A stretch of 64,000 nucleotides of DNA from positions 56,002,237 to 56,066,236 of the forward strand of contig NC_068984.1 of the NCBI RefSeq assembly GCF_001194135.2, in the 5' to 3' direction. How positions within the stretch are numbered: position 1 is the stretch's first letter; the number at the start of each line of letters is the position of its first letter. The stretch comes from Octopus bimaculoides (Eukaryota). A model generated the notes under the pieces. The model searched no databases. It saw nothing but the letters and a program-made list of their open reading frames with translations, and was not told where the DNA came from. Below, piece by piece: positions 23,226-36,780 of this stretch. A program made the translations under genes and the position numbers.

Positions 23226-24226
23226 NNNNNNNNNNNNNNNNNNNNNNNNNNNNNNNNNNNNNNNNNNNNNNNNNNNNNNNNNNNNNNNNNNNNNNNNNNN
23301 NNNNNNNNNNNNNNNNNNNNNNNNNNNNNNNNNNNNNNNNNNNNNNNNNNNNNNNNNNNNNNNNNNNNNNNNNNNNNNNNNNNNNNNNNNNNNNNNNNNN
23401 NNNNNNNNNNNNNNNNNNNNNNNNNNNNNNNNNNNNNNNNNNNNNNNNNNNNNNNNNNNNNNNNNNNNNNNNNNNNNNNNNNNNNNNNNNNNNNNNNNNN
23501 NTATGTACATATACATACTTAATATATATATATATGTACCTCTTTATCAACTTCTATACTGTATCCTTTCTAAATCCCCTTGCTCATTCTTCTCTCTGCC
23601 TGTTACTTCTACCAACTTCATCCTTATCTAAATATTTATACACCTTCTTATTTAACTAAATGTGTTTCTCCACTAGCCTTTCTGCCGGTTCGAAGTGAAG
23701 TGTATTTATTTCGGTGCCAAACCAGTGTAGTGTATGTGTATGATAGTGAATTAGATTATGTGGAGTGTGTATATTTGTGTATATATTTATGTATGAGAAC
23801 CAGCTTAATTTATTATTCATACTGAATTTTTTCATTCAAATATGTATCGGTCTGAGTATCCTTTCCTTTTAAGTACTCTCATAATATCCTAATTGCTTTT
23901 TCTCATATACATACATACGTTCATACATACATATATACACACACACACAAACACATGCATATATATACATATATATATATACATATATATGCATGTATGT
24001 ATGTATATGTATATATGTATGTATATATATATATGTATGTATATATATATATATNNNNNNNNNNAGTGCAATGCATCTTCTAGCAGTAACAGGTGTAAGC
24101 TAATGAAATTCATTACATAATTTCTTGTTCCCTTGTCATTTATTTAATTTCTTATTATACTCTGTACTTGTATAATGCCTTTTTCTGAAGCATATGTATA
24201 TTGAGTTCTATGCCTAAGTAATATAT

Positions 24227-24279
<53 letters not shown>

Positions 24280-24280
24280 T

Positions 24281-24333
<53 letters not shown>

Positions 24334-24824
24334 CATATCCATATATGCAAACACAAACACACACGCATACACACATATACAGAATAGATAGATAGATAGA
24401 TATACATACAGACAGAGAGAGTGAGGCAGACATAATCAATCAGTAATTTCAATCCAAAGATCCATATTTCTTGTTGGATTTTTGGTGGGTTGGAAAATTA
24501 CTGTGGGATAAATCCCTGTTTTTATTTACCTCCCAGTAAGTCCCCACTCCCTCCAAAGATGTGCTGCCAGAATAAGCACCTTACTCTACTTTTCACATGT
24601 CTTTCGGATTACAGATGACAATAGGGGAATTTCTTTTTCGTCATTGTACAGCGCACTAACGGTCTTCTACTCATTTTGAGTTTTTCTTTCCTTCCTCCAT
24701 AGATTCACATGATTTAGTTCTCTCTCAATCATTAGTCAAAATATATTAGAAAGGTATATTCAGCTCCGTAATTGTAGTAATAGTAGTATTGTATATCAAA
24801 TAGCCATCCTTACCTTTAGTAGTA

Positions 24825-24866
<42 letters not shown>

Positions 24867-25001
24867 AAACACAAAATAATTAAACAAATTTGAAATGTTC
24901 GTTGATAAATGAAGAAACAACAAACAAGAATTAGAACAGTATTCAACCAATTATTTTAAGAGAATAGTAAGCAGAACCAAATGTACAAAATACACCACCT
25001 G

Positions 25002-25085
25002 TTTATCATGACAGCTATTAATTACAATTATCTCCTTGCTTACTTTATCATGACAGCTATTAATTACAATTATCTCCTTGCTTAC
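25002..25085. repeat. Perfect 42-bp tandem duplication
   Basis: TTTATCATGACAGCTATTAATTACAATTATCTCCTTGCTTAC twice. Confidence 0.95.
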
Positions 25086-25090
25086 TTTAC

Positions 25091-25137
25091 CTGTACTGAG
25101 GAACAGAACCGTTCTTTCAATTTTTAAGCCTGGCAAT
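25091..25137 (-). other. Candidate 47-nt exon (probably 5' UTR)
   Basis: TTTTCTCTCACTACAG|ATTGCC...GTACAG|GTAAAG. Confidence 0.4.
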
Positions 25138-26939
25138 CTGTAGTGAGAGAAAATTTTTCTATATATACCCTTTTTTTTTCAATGTAAATAGACAATCATT
25201 AAATTATTCTGGGTTTATAGGGGATTTTTATTTTGCTTTGCTTTTTGGCTTTTATTGTTATTTTTATGGCTTTTTTTTTTCTGATGTTTGGGTTTCTCCA
25301 GTAGTTTGGCTAAGAATCCTTTATGCTTAGTGAAAGAATCTCTAACTGGATAATGACAAAAGTATTTTAATTTTCTACTGACACTGGTAATGATATCATG
25401 AGTTATGTCATTTATATGTCAGAATCAGGAGTAAGATGGTGGTTATATGATATATATATATATATGTATATATAGAATATATAAATATATATATGAACAC
25501 ACACGCAGACACACACAAACATATATACATACATATAAATATTGATTTATTCCAAATTCCTCTTTTGTTTTGTTTTGGAGGGGGGCGGGTGACACAGTTA
25601 TATCAAAACCTAGTCACTTTTAGCTTATATTTGGTTTTATGTCATCAACCCAGAATATATTCCAGTTTACATTTCGTTCTAAAATATACAATGAAATCAA
25701 AAAATTTTGTTAACTTTTCTTTTGTTAATTGAGATCTTCGTGATAGATAACTGATTGATACTTAGAATCCAAACTGACAGTGATTTATTGTAGAATCCTG
25801 TAAGAGAGTGAAGAAAAGAGATCTATAGAAAGGTTATAACCAAAAAAAAAAAGCCTTTCACTAGCAGCAAATTTTGGAAAGAATTAATCAATAGTTTACT
25901 AGAAGAGGACTTCTCATTAAAAAAAAAAGGAAAAATTAGTTAACAATGGAGAATAATATATTTTTAAAAGAATATCACGGGTGTAAAAAAGTTTATGATG
26001 TAGTGAATGTGACAGTCACTGAAAAAAGCAGAATAGAATTGAAAAAGAATGTAGCAGCAGACTAAAATAATTAGGTCTCCTAAAGAAGAAATTTAACTGT
26101 GAGCTCACAATATGGAATCTTCTGTTTTCCTGAAGAGAATTACAATTTGAGAAGGGAAAAAATCAATCAATAGATAGGTGACTGTTTCATGACAATAACT
26201 ACAACAAAGAATGATGAAAACAATATTTTAGAGAGAGCCTCAGAGAAATATACAGAAATTAATCAACTAGAAATAACCATAAACATACCGAAGAGTCAAC
26301 TGTATAAATCTATTGAGAAAATGTGCTAAGATAACAAAATCTACACAAATTAGAAATAATGATTTCTTTCAACAAGGTATATGATGGCCTATTTTTGTAC
26401 GGAAAGTGGTACCCAATATATTGAAAGAAGCTGTGTATTCTATTTCTCATTTTATTGATTCCAAAAGAAATAAAGACAAAAGCAACTCCACTAGCAGCAG
26501 CAGTATTTGAACTGAGAACATGGAAGGATGAATGTAAAAAAAAAATAATGATTTCTTATGACTAAGCACAAGACCCTCTTTTTTCATTATTTCTGAGGGA
26601 GCTGGCATAGCTAATTGAATCAATCACAATGTCCTTTTGGTGCATATTTTATCAGTCCCAAAGGAATAAAAGGCGAAATATATATCCAGGCAGTGTTTGA
26701 ACTGTGAACGTAACAGCCTGAAAGAAAAGATTCGATTCAATAAATATTTCTTTTGATTAAACAAACATAAGGTTCAAATCCTGTAGGAGAAGCAATCAGG
26801 GCTGCATTAACCATTAAACAAAGCTCATTAAACAAAACCATTAAACAAATGCACATACTTAAGGCACAGTTTTTTTGGAGGTAGTCGGGGGTCTTAGTGC
26901 TGGATTTACAGAAGAGTATAAAATGCTAAACTATTTTTA

Positions 26940-27160
26940 AAAGGATTTAACACCTTATCATTTAAGCTGGCCATATCCAGCCTAAATATTCTGTCCGTTT
27001 TATGTTCAAACTGGTCAGATCCAGCATCTTACACCTACCCTACAATTCTAAAAATAAACAATCATATCATTGAAATATCAAAGCTATGAGATAATACATG
27101 ATTAATTTAAAACAATGTCAATGAATAAGCATTACATTTGACAGTATTACATTACATTTC
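26940..27160. mobile_element. Possible decayed TTAA-type MITE
   Basis: Begins TTAACACCTT..; resembles an octopus repeat by recollection only; right end not resolved. Confidence 0.3.
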
Positions 27161-27875
27161 AATGATAAAATGTCAAAAACTTTTCCTATTATCCGGGTTT
27201 TCTCTCTCTCTATCTCTCTCACACTTCATATGCTAAGCCTACATGAGTGGATCTCCATGCCAAAGTCTAAAAATTCATGAGTTTTCATGAGAAACACACT
27301 GTTGTGATTTTCTCGTTGTCTTTAAGTTGATTATTTATAGTTTATTTTGCTAGCGTTCTACTCTCCTGAATTTACTCTCAAGGCACAAGGCATAATGAAT
27401 CCTTTGCAAGGAGCTGATTTGCACAACAATAGAGTCGATGATTGTATTTTAATATAATTGAGTCACAAAAAAAAAGGAAAAGTGAAGAGAAGGGTGGCAT
27501 TTGATAATCTAGTTTTTAAATATGTCATCCTAAAAAAAAGGACAGAATGGTCATAGTTTGAGAATGTCTTTAAATATGGGAGAAGGTTTGGTTATTGTGT
27601 GGTTGAGCAATGTGGTACACAACCAAGTGGTTTTCATGTTCTATCCCAGTACGCAGTAACTTGGCCAAGAATTTTCCACCTTAGCCCCCAGGTTGATCAT
27701 TATAATTTGGGAGACAGAAACTGTATGAAGACCAGTGGTCAGACTTCTAAACTTGAGTTCTCTTTTCAAAGTGGCCTGACCATGTTCCTTTGAACTTGCC
27801 CCCTGCAAGAATATGTGTGTGTGCATGTGTGTGTGTGTGCATGTGTATGTGTGTGAATGTGTATATTTATATACA

Positions 27876-28222
27876 GTCCCACTGCGTGGCACCTTGGGCA
27901 AATGTCTTCTACTATAGCCTCAGGCCGACCAAAGCCTTGTGAGTGGATTTGGTAGACAGAAACTGAAAGAAGCCCGTCGTATATATGTATATATATGTGT
28001 GTGTGTGTATGTGTGTGTGTATCTGTGTTTGTCCCCCCAACATCGCTTGACAACCGATGCTGGTGTGTTTAGGTCCCCGTAACTTAGCGGTTTGGCAAAA
28101 AGAGACCGATAGAGTAAGTACTAGGTTTACAAAGACTAAGTCCTGGGGTCGATTTGATTCGACTAAAGGTGGTGCTCCAGCATGGCCACAGTCAAATGAC
28201 TGAAACAAGTAAAAGAGTATGT
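27876..28222 (+). mobile_element. SINE family A, 5'-truncated young copy
   Basis: CpG-retaining match to 57405-57700, plus 3' tail. Confidence 0.9.
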
Positions 28223-29434
28223 ATCTTTCATCAATACATATCAGCATAGGAGGTAAACAATGGTGGGAAAAATTAGAAACCAGTGCACTTTGAGAGACCC
28301 ATCACATATGTTATCCACTAGTTTATTGGTTTCCATGCTGATGTTTACATCTTTTGCTGATATGCATCAGTGAATAATATACCCCACCCCCAAACACACA
28401 CACAGATACATACACTTTCACACAATTATGATGGACTTCCCACCGCTTCCTTCTTCTAAATTTTACACAGAAGGTTTTCCTCAACAAGTATATAGGGGAA
28501 AACATTTGCTCAAAGTACCAAACCTTAGAACCATATAGTTGCAAAGTAACATTTTTAACTACACAACCATGTTTCAATCCTTTGTCTACCCTTTTTCCTT
28601 CCTCTCACCACAACTGTGTATAAAAACTACAAACCTCACTTGCGCTTGCTAAATATTGAATGCAACACATCTTTTTTACAATCATCTTTCCTCTCCCCTT
28701 GGTATTTTTCTTCTACCTTCAATAGAAAAGTTCAAGGTAAACAGGTGGTTTGACAGAATCATTTGAACAGTCATGGGTAACCTGCAGCCTACAAGACTTT
28801 CTGACTGGCATGCCTAATGAAAAATTACCCTCAGTTTTTAGTAGTGCAATCTGCCTGTTGAGGAACCAGGTCTCATGGTTCTTGAAAATACTTGCCTATG
28901 CTTGTCTTACAGTGTCTAACAAAACACTTAGCAGTATTTATTCCAGCTTTTTATGTTATAGGTTGAAATCCCACTAAGGTCAACTTTACCTTTCAAATTT
29001 CTTGAGGTCAATAAAATTAAGAATGAATCCTGGGTGGGTTGATGAAACTATTACAACATTGGATGAAATACTTTTCTGTATTTGATCCAGCTCTTTATGG
29101 TTTCAGCCACTGGCCAAGTTATACCAGTCCCAGGATTTTCTTTGAAGTTGGAATAGGGAAGTGAGATTTTCTACTTGGGCAACTGCTGGTCTTCAATAAA
29201 ACACTTTACCTAAGCCTGCTTCTTCAGAGGAACTTTCCATATGCAGATTATATAAAGTTAACCTTGATTGATAGAGGCCTTGCTAAGTTGAATGTAATCT
29301 CTATTAACTTCTATTTGATTCTATATCCCATACTAATAATAAATGATAAAAAAGGGAGGGAGATAATATATTGTTGGATGTTTAAGCAATAGAACTGGTT
29401 CATTATATCATCATTATTTCTTAATGGTAAAAAC

Positions 29435-29620
29435 GAGCTGGCAGAATTGTTATCATACTGCTTAGAGGCATTTTGTCTGTCTTTATGTTCTGAGTTCAAA
29501 TTCCGTTTTGCCTTTCATCCTTTTGGGGTTGATAAGATAAGTACCACTCAAGCACTGGGGTGAATGTAATCAACTTACCCCTCCCCTCAAAATTTGTGCC
29601 AAAATTTGAAACCATTGTTT
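29435..29620 (+). mobile_element. SINE family B copy
   Basis: GAGCTGGCAGAA..GAGTTCAAATTCC..TTTGCCTTTCATCC. Confidence 0.75.
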
Positions 29621-29689
29621 CTTAATGCTGCTACTTTTTTATCCCCGCAGAAGTCCAATTAAGCAAAACCATCCAGCCATCAAGCCATC

Positions 29690-30125
29690 TTTTCCAGTCA
29701 CTGTTTCTGAGAGTTCAGGGTATAGAGACCTCAGGTATCTCCTCTGTAGGGTACTGTCAGAAATAACTATCATTACACTTTCTATCTAGGTTCCTAAGCA
29801 TGACCAACTGAGACAATGGATATTATCCAACCATCTCATTCTTGTTTTGTTGCTAGATGTGCCAGTTGGTTCAGCTTGAGGAATCTATCTTGCTATTCTT
29901 TCCTGTGACATTCTAATCACAAGTCTGTAGTACTAAAGCTGTGACCTCACAATATGAAAAAGGAGCAGCTCTACCTGGAGACACTCCTAAATCTCCAAAC
30001 TATGCACCCTGTTGAGCAATATTACTCTAGAGATCTTTCAGAAGAACCCCATTTCGGCCATTTGTATTCACAATCATACTTTTGGTCATTACCCAACATT
30101 CATGACCATAGGTGAGGTCTGTTTC
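29690..30125 (-). mobile_element. RTE LINE 3' ORF2 remnant
   Basis: Reverse-complement match to 850-1200 and 40617-40780. Confidence 0.75.
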
Positions 30126-32168
30126 TGTTTCAAAAATAATTAAAAACATTTTCAATTAATCATATTTGACAGATTGATTCTAGCATTAAGTAAAGATTAT
30201 TTCAATGAAACATATTACAATTAAACTGGATCGAGAAAAGTTAGGTTAGGTTAGATACAGAAACCAATTCAAGCAAAACCATTTTTCTTTGCTGTTTTTT
30301 TCTAATATTTTTTTATATCACAATCGAAAACAAGTTTCCAAAGGTAATGATCATTGCTTCACTGCATTCATGATGGTGACAGTGAAAAGGGAGTGTCTGT
30401 AACTCAGTACAGAATAAATATGAAAATGATAAATAAATGGGAAGGACATTGCAGGAATGCTTTTGATTATAGCTGTTTGGTTGAGAATGACCTATATTTA
30501 ATGTTTTAGGGACAAGATATAATTTCATTTGTGCCCTAATTGTATAACATATGTGAGAGCATACTTGCAGAGTCTTGGAAAAAAAAAACCTTCGTTCACA
30601 CATTTCCCAAATATATTTATGAAGGACTGCAAAAGGTAAGCCCCAAAACAATGGAAACCACACATGATCACTTTGAGAGGGAACTATTTTAGATAACAAT
30701 AACCAGCTGGTAACATTAAGCAGAGAATATAACAATGTCCTAAGTGTGTTTGGGACCCAACTTTAAAAACAATAATTGCTTGTAAACGTTATCCATGATT
30801 ATAATAAGCAGCTTAAATTTATAATTTAAATTTCAATTTTATCAATTATAAAACCTAAACTTTTTACCATTTTTATTGCCTTTCCTAACCTAATTCTCAG
30901 TAGTAATGTGGTAATTAACCCCACCGATTTTGGGACTTGATTCTCTGCCAGGAAAGTAGTCTGACTTTTTCATGAACTAGCATAGGATATCTACATACTT
31001 ACTGAACCTGCTAGACCAGGATTGGTTTTTAGTTAATCAGCTGTAATATATGTCTTTCCTACTTTGTTTCATAATGTTACAAATTATCACATACCTCAGG
31101 AAATATTAATGATAGTAAATAACTAGCATCATATTCAGTAGAATATTTGCTCGTAATCAATGTAATTTGATATCATAAGGTGTGAGTTTAGAAATTAAAA
31201 ATTAATAGCAATTATATTAATTCAAACATATATACACACATGTACAGGAAAACACGCATGTGTGTGTGTGAAGTGATGAATGAATTGGCAGAATTGCTAG
31301 AGTATCAGTTAAAATGCCTTGTGGTATTTCTCCTGGACCTCCACACATTGAGGTGAAATCACAATGAAATAAACTTTTATTTTCAACCTTTCAGGGTCAT
31401 AAAATAATGTACTAGTCAAATGTTGGGGGCTCATTTTGTCTTTCTCCACCCCTACCCCCACAACACTCATTTCTCTCTCTCCTCTTTCTCTCTCACACCA
31501 TCGCAGAATTAACTATGCTGCACTATGAGAAGGCCATAGGAGTCTAATCACACTGTCTGACATAACTGACATAATCAAAAATGTTAAGAAAGCACAGAAG
31601 GGCCACTCCAAGCTTTGATGATTGCAGATGTTGTTGATACACGTACACCAATGCACAAACAAACATATATATACAAATACATGCTTACATACACACATAC
31701 ATACATATATATATAGATATCTTTAAAATTTGTTTATGGTAAGATTTTGAATATGCAAATAAAGCTCCTATTTCATTATGCCAGCCACCATCTAATGATG
31801 CTGACTAGTGAGCCAGTTTTTCTGGGCTGCATCAAGTTATACTGATATAATGTAGGATATATATAATAATAATAACAATAATCCTAAGATAAAATTCATA
31901 AACATTTAATGCATCACTACGCATGTTTCCACAAATCACATTACTTTTAAGATCACAGTCCAAACTCCTTGGATGATTACAGTGTAGCCCATAAAATCCA
32001 TGGGCATCTGGTTGATCATCATCATTGATTCATCTCTTCAGACAATATAATGTTAGTGGATGACCACTGAGGGGTGTTTTTTTTCTCTTTTTACCAGTCC
32101 AAAGGTCAAACGAGTTATGTGGGCATTTCTGTGGTATATTTGATGGGGAGGAGTAGAAGGTGATGGGA

Positions 32169-32224
<56 letters not shown>

Positions 32225-32237
32225 GTATACATATGTA

Positions 32238-33086
32238 CACAAAGTGCAGTGAATAAACTGTCGTTTAAATTACACAAATATGAAAATAACACCGACATCT
32301 CATTTTAATAGATATATTTACCAAAATTACATAAAAATATCTTGATATACTAAAGAATAAATTCATTCAATAAAATCGCCATTGGCTTCAACCATGGCCT
32401 CCAGACGACTTTGGAATCTCTGCAACTCTTCTGGATGGTCTCTTTTGTTTAAGTTGGTGAATGCTACCATAATCTTTGCCTTCAGTTCATCTTTGGTGTT
32501 ACAAGTTTTGTTGGTCACTTGTGTCTCTTGCTCAACTGTGCTCCACACATAATAATCAAGGGGGTTGTAGTCTTGGGAGTTAAGTGGCCAGATGTTAAGG
32601 GTGATGTGGTCACAGAAATTGTCTGACAGCCATGATTGGGTTCTCCTGCTTGTGTGACATGGTGCAGAGTCCTGTTGTCAGACAAAAGGTCTTCCAGCAC
32701 TACCTCATCCAGGCACTTGATGTAGGTGTCCATGTTGAGTCTGAGGCTATGTGAGAAGATGAATGGAGGCATAACGTTGCCATCATTAGTGGTCACTCCA
32801 AACACTAAGATGTTGACCAGATGTTTGATTTTTATCACTCTCAGAACATGTCCTCAGATTGCACTGTCTTCAAATTGACACCCAAACACTCTTGCGAATG
32901 CCAAGCAGTACAGTATGTTGTTTCCAAATTTCTGGTAGAGCGAATTGTGTCATGGTGCTGTTTTACTCACAGATGGTGCCCAACTGACCTTACTATACTG
33001 TATAATCAACAAAATCAAAAACAAACAATGTGTATGTGCAAAATTAAAGATATAAAATGGTGATAATTTACCTATCGCACCCTCTG
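32238..33086 (-). mobile_element. maT-family (DD37D) Tc1/mariner element, deleted and frameshifted
   Basis: Frame GRPFV*QQDSAPCHTSRRTQSWLSDNFCDHITLNIWPLNSQDYNPLDYYVWSTVEQET has 37 residues between D2 (QD) and D3 (PLD); C-terminus ..RLEAMVEANGDFIE*; imperfect TIRs. Confidence 0.9.
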
Positions 33087-33110
33087 TGTGTGTGTGTGCG
33101 NNNNNNNNNN

Positions 33111-33370
33111 AGCCATGATTGGGTTCTCCTGCTTGTGTGACATGGTGCAGAGTCCTGTTGTCAGACAAAAGGTCTTCCAGCACTACCTCATCCAGGCACT
33201 TGATGTAGGTGTCCATGTTGAGTCTGAGGCTATGTGAGAAGATGAATGGAGGCATAACGTTGCCATCATTAGTGGTCACTCCAAACACTAAGATGTTGAC
33301 CAGATGTTTGATTTTTATCACTCTCAGAACATGTCCTCAGATTGCACTGTCTTCAAATTGACACCCAAAC
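33111..33370 (-). other. Exact duplicate of 32628-32887 between two gaps (probable assembly artefact)
   Basis: 260 bp identical, bounded by N runs. Confidence 0.8.
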
Positions 33371-33970
33371 NNNNNNNNNNNNNNNNNNNNNNNNNNNNNN
33401 NNNNNNNNNNNNNNNNNNNNNNNNNNNNNNNNNNNNNNNNNNNNNNNNNNNNNNNNNNNNNNNNNNNNNNNNNNNNNNNNNNNNNNNNNNNNNNNNNNNN
33501 NNNNNNNNNNNNNNNNNNNNNNNNNNNNNNNNNNNNNNNNNNNNNNNNNNNNNNNNNNNNNNNNNNNNNNNNNNNNNNNNNNNNNNNNNNNNNNNNNNNN
33601 NNNNNNNNNNNNNNNNNNNNNNNNNNNNNNNNNNNNNNNNNNNNNNNNNNNNNNNNNNNNNNNNNNNNNNNNNNNNNNNNNNNNNNNNNNNNNNNNNNNN
33701 NNNNNNNNNNNNNNNNNNNNNNNNNNNNNNNNNNNNNNNNNNNNNNNNNNNNNNNNNNNNNNNNNNNNNNNNNNNNNNNNNNNNNNNNNNNNNNNNNNNN
33801 NNNNNNNNNNNNNNNNNNNNNNNNNNNNNNNNNNNNNNNNNNNNNNNNNNNNNNNNNNNNNNNNNNNNNNNNNNNNNNNNNNNNNNNNNNNNNNNNNNNN
33901 NNNNNNNNNNNNNNNNNNNNNNNNNNNNNNNNNNNNNNNNNNNNNNNNNNNNNNNNNNNNNNNNNNNNNN

Positions 33971-34002
<32 letters not shown>

Positions 34003-34019
34003 ATATCATGTCCAGTACA

Positions 34020-34212
34020 TTCACTATTATCAATTCACCACAAGGAAAGTTCATCATCGTCGATTCAGTTTTTTTTTGTTTTTTTTGTTTTGTTTTTTTT
34101 TTTGCAGTAATGTAGTTTTTAATTATTAATGGTGAGATAATATGGATATATTTTCACAGTAAACTTACCTCATGGTGAACTTTCTTCACAGTGAATTGAT
34201 GGCAGTGAACTT
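34020..34212. repeat. Short decayed inverted-repeat element
   Basis: About 40-bp imperfect arms sharing TTCACT..ATCAATTCAC..GAAAGTTCA; no TSD found. Confidence 0.45.
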
Positions 34213-34576
34213 ACCTGTAATCCTCACATACATGCACACGCACATACATGCACACATATGAACAGGTAATATACATACATATTCGTACACTATGTGTATG
34301 TGTACACATGTGCAGATATAATGCACACAGATGTTTGTATATTACTGCAATATATCTTTTGCATTTATTTTTACACATACCTATACAGGTATAAGCAAAC
34401 AAACCATAAACTGTACAAACAGATAAACATCTGAAACAAAATGTCATTTTCTCCACTGTGTATGTGTATGTATGTATGTATGTATATACATGTTTGTGAC
34501 TATGTACACTTGAGTGTGTGGTGTGTATAGAGTGAGTGTAGAATGAGTGATAGAAACAAAATGTCATGATAAATAC

Positions 34577-34719
34577 AGGCGTGGCTGTGTGGTAAGAAGA
34601 GAAGTTTGCTTCCCGGTCAGTCCTACTGTGTGGTATCTTAGGCAAGTGTCTTCTACTATAGTCTTGGGCTGACCAAAACCTTGTGAATGGATTTGGTAGA
34701 CAGAAACTGAAAGAAGCTT

Positions 34720-34772
<53 letters not shown>

Positions 34773-35000
34773 GCATGTGTACTGTGTGCATCTTTGTGTT
34801 TGTCCCCCACCACTGCTTGACAACTTGTGTTGGTGAGTATGCATCCCCATAACTTAGCAGTTCAGCAAAAGAGACCAATAGAATAAGTACCAGGCTTAAA
34901 CAAATTAGTACTAGGGTCAATGCATTCAGCTAAAATTCTTGAAGGCAGTGCCTCAGCATGGCTACAGTCTAAATGACTAAAACAAGTAAAAGATAAAAGA
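34577..35000 (+). mobile_element. SINE family A, full length
   Basis: Head, CORE-like block, (GT)n, tail GTAAAAGATAAAAGA. Confidence 0.85.
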
Positions 35001-36580
35001 TAGAAAATAGACAAAGATGTAATACATTCAGCCATATCAAGCCTTGTGGCATATTCCGAATTCTATATTATTTAAGTTAGCTGTAATTACAGAGACAAGA
35101 ACAAACAGTTGTCTGATAAATATGATGGTAGTCACTCAACACTAAACTTTTAGCATGTCTCTGCCCATTTACACTATTTGGGTTTTGATGTATCCTAATC
35201 ATGTGGTGACCCTCTTGACCATGCATAAACTCCTATTGCATAATATAAATTATAACAACCCCTGTAGGTATATATACAACTATATAATCGATGCATTTGT
35301 AGACAACTCTGCTGCAATGTATATATATTAAAAATAGTATACATTTCTTCATAGAACAAAGTTTCAATCTATGGATGTCTGGGTTATGAGCCCAGCATGC
35401 TACTGTGATACTGCTCAGCGAGTAATTATGCAAATATTATATAATGTATTATTTCTTATAGGATCTGTTCTGGGCTACATTACTTCTATTACATCATTCA
35501 TTAAGTGCTATTCATTTATTATGTTTATTTATTTATTTCTATGCTTTGGAATGTTTCAAATGTATGAAATATAGTAACTGCAAAAATTATGCTGCAACAC
35601 TGGGATGTTAATCTACTGGCTAAAAGGTGACATTTCACTCTGCCAATACTCGAGGAATCACATTTGACAAAACCACATGCGTAGATCTATGCATTGCCTT
35701 TTTCTGGGTGTTTCTTCATTTGCCATTTTCAGATCAGCCAGAAGCAAATCAATTCTTTAAATGTTTTCCCAGCATTGCATAGCAAGCGAGTTTGCTAGTT
35801 TAATTACTAACTGAGCTGACGTAAGTTCAGAAAATTTAGACTGATCTCATATTAATAGAATAGAGTAGCTTATATCATGCTTTTAAAAAAATTGGTTACA
35901 TAATAAAACTTTGACAAAAACAGATTTTAAAATAAGCTGATAGTAGCAGTCAAATAATTGCTTGACTTAATTAAGATTTTCAAGTCTTTTTAACATATTG
36001 TTTTTTGTTCTAAGATTTTTATGCTATTTCAAAAAGGGAGATGTACAGTTCTATAAATCTGGATTTTGGTTTGACTTTTATTAGAAAAGGTATTTTGAAA
36101 TTAGATATTGTCTCTTAATGTTATATGTAAGATTAAAGCAAGTGATTAATATCTCACAAAATGCCTTGTGATATTTGTGTCAGTTGTTTATGTTCTGAGT
36201 TTAAATTCTGCTGAGGTCAGCTTTGCCTCTCATTCCTCCAGGTCAGTAAAATAAAGTACCAGTCTAGGGAGGTGGATGGATGGAAAATGTAAGAGCACTG
36301 GGTTGTGGTTTGAGGGAGATATGACTGCTATTTTTAGCAGATCAATTGACTATATAAAGATTCTTTCATTGGTTCATAGATACTATAGTTTATTGCTTCT
36401 CAATTGCATTTGTTCTGTTCAAGTGACAAGGATATTCCTAGGATTGAAATCACTGTCAGCTACTGTTGTGCAGTATGTCAGCTCAGATCAAGCAGACCTA
36501 TGAAACATAGCTAGTATCCCCACTGAACATCGAGGTACAATCCATAGATCCATAGCTTCAGATATACCATACTTCTGTAA

Positions 36581-36780
36581 TCATCATCGTCATCATCATC
36601 ATTTAGCATCCTTATTCCATGGTAGCATGGACTAGGTGGTTTGACAGGATCTGACGTGTCCAAGGACTGCATCAGACTCCAATGTCTGCTTGGCATGGTT
36701 TTCACCGTTACATGTTTTTCCTAATGCTGACCACTTTACAGCATGGATTGGGTGCTTTTTCATGTGACCTGTACTGTTGA
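36581..36780 (-). mobile_element. Old family C copy
   Basis: CATCATCATTTAGCATCC tail plus degenerate body. Confidence 0.65.

Noticed and set aside
26187-26330. 46-codon plus ORF MTITTTKNDENNILERASEK.. and nearby signal-peptide-like minus ORF at about 26450-26523
   Set aside because: Short, A-rich, no splice context or recognisable homology.
32950-33370. Apparent second maT copy
   Set aside because: Identical to 32628-32887 and bounded by gaps; most likely an assembly duplicate.
34160-34215. Two minus-strand GTAAGT donors
   Set aside because: They fall in the arm of a decayed inverted-repeat element, with no matching acceptor.
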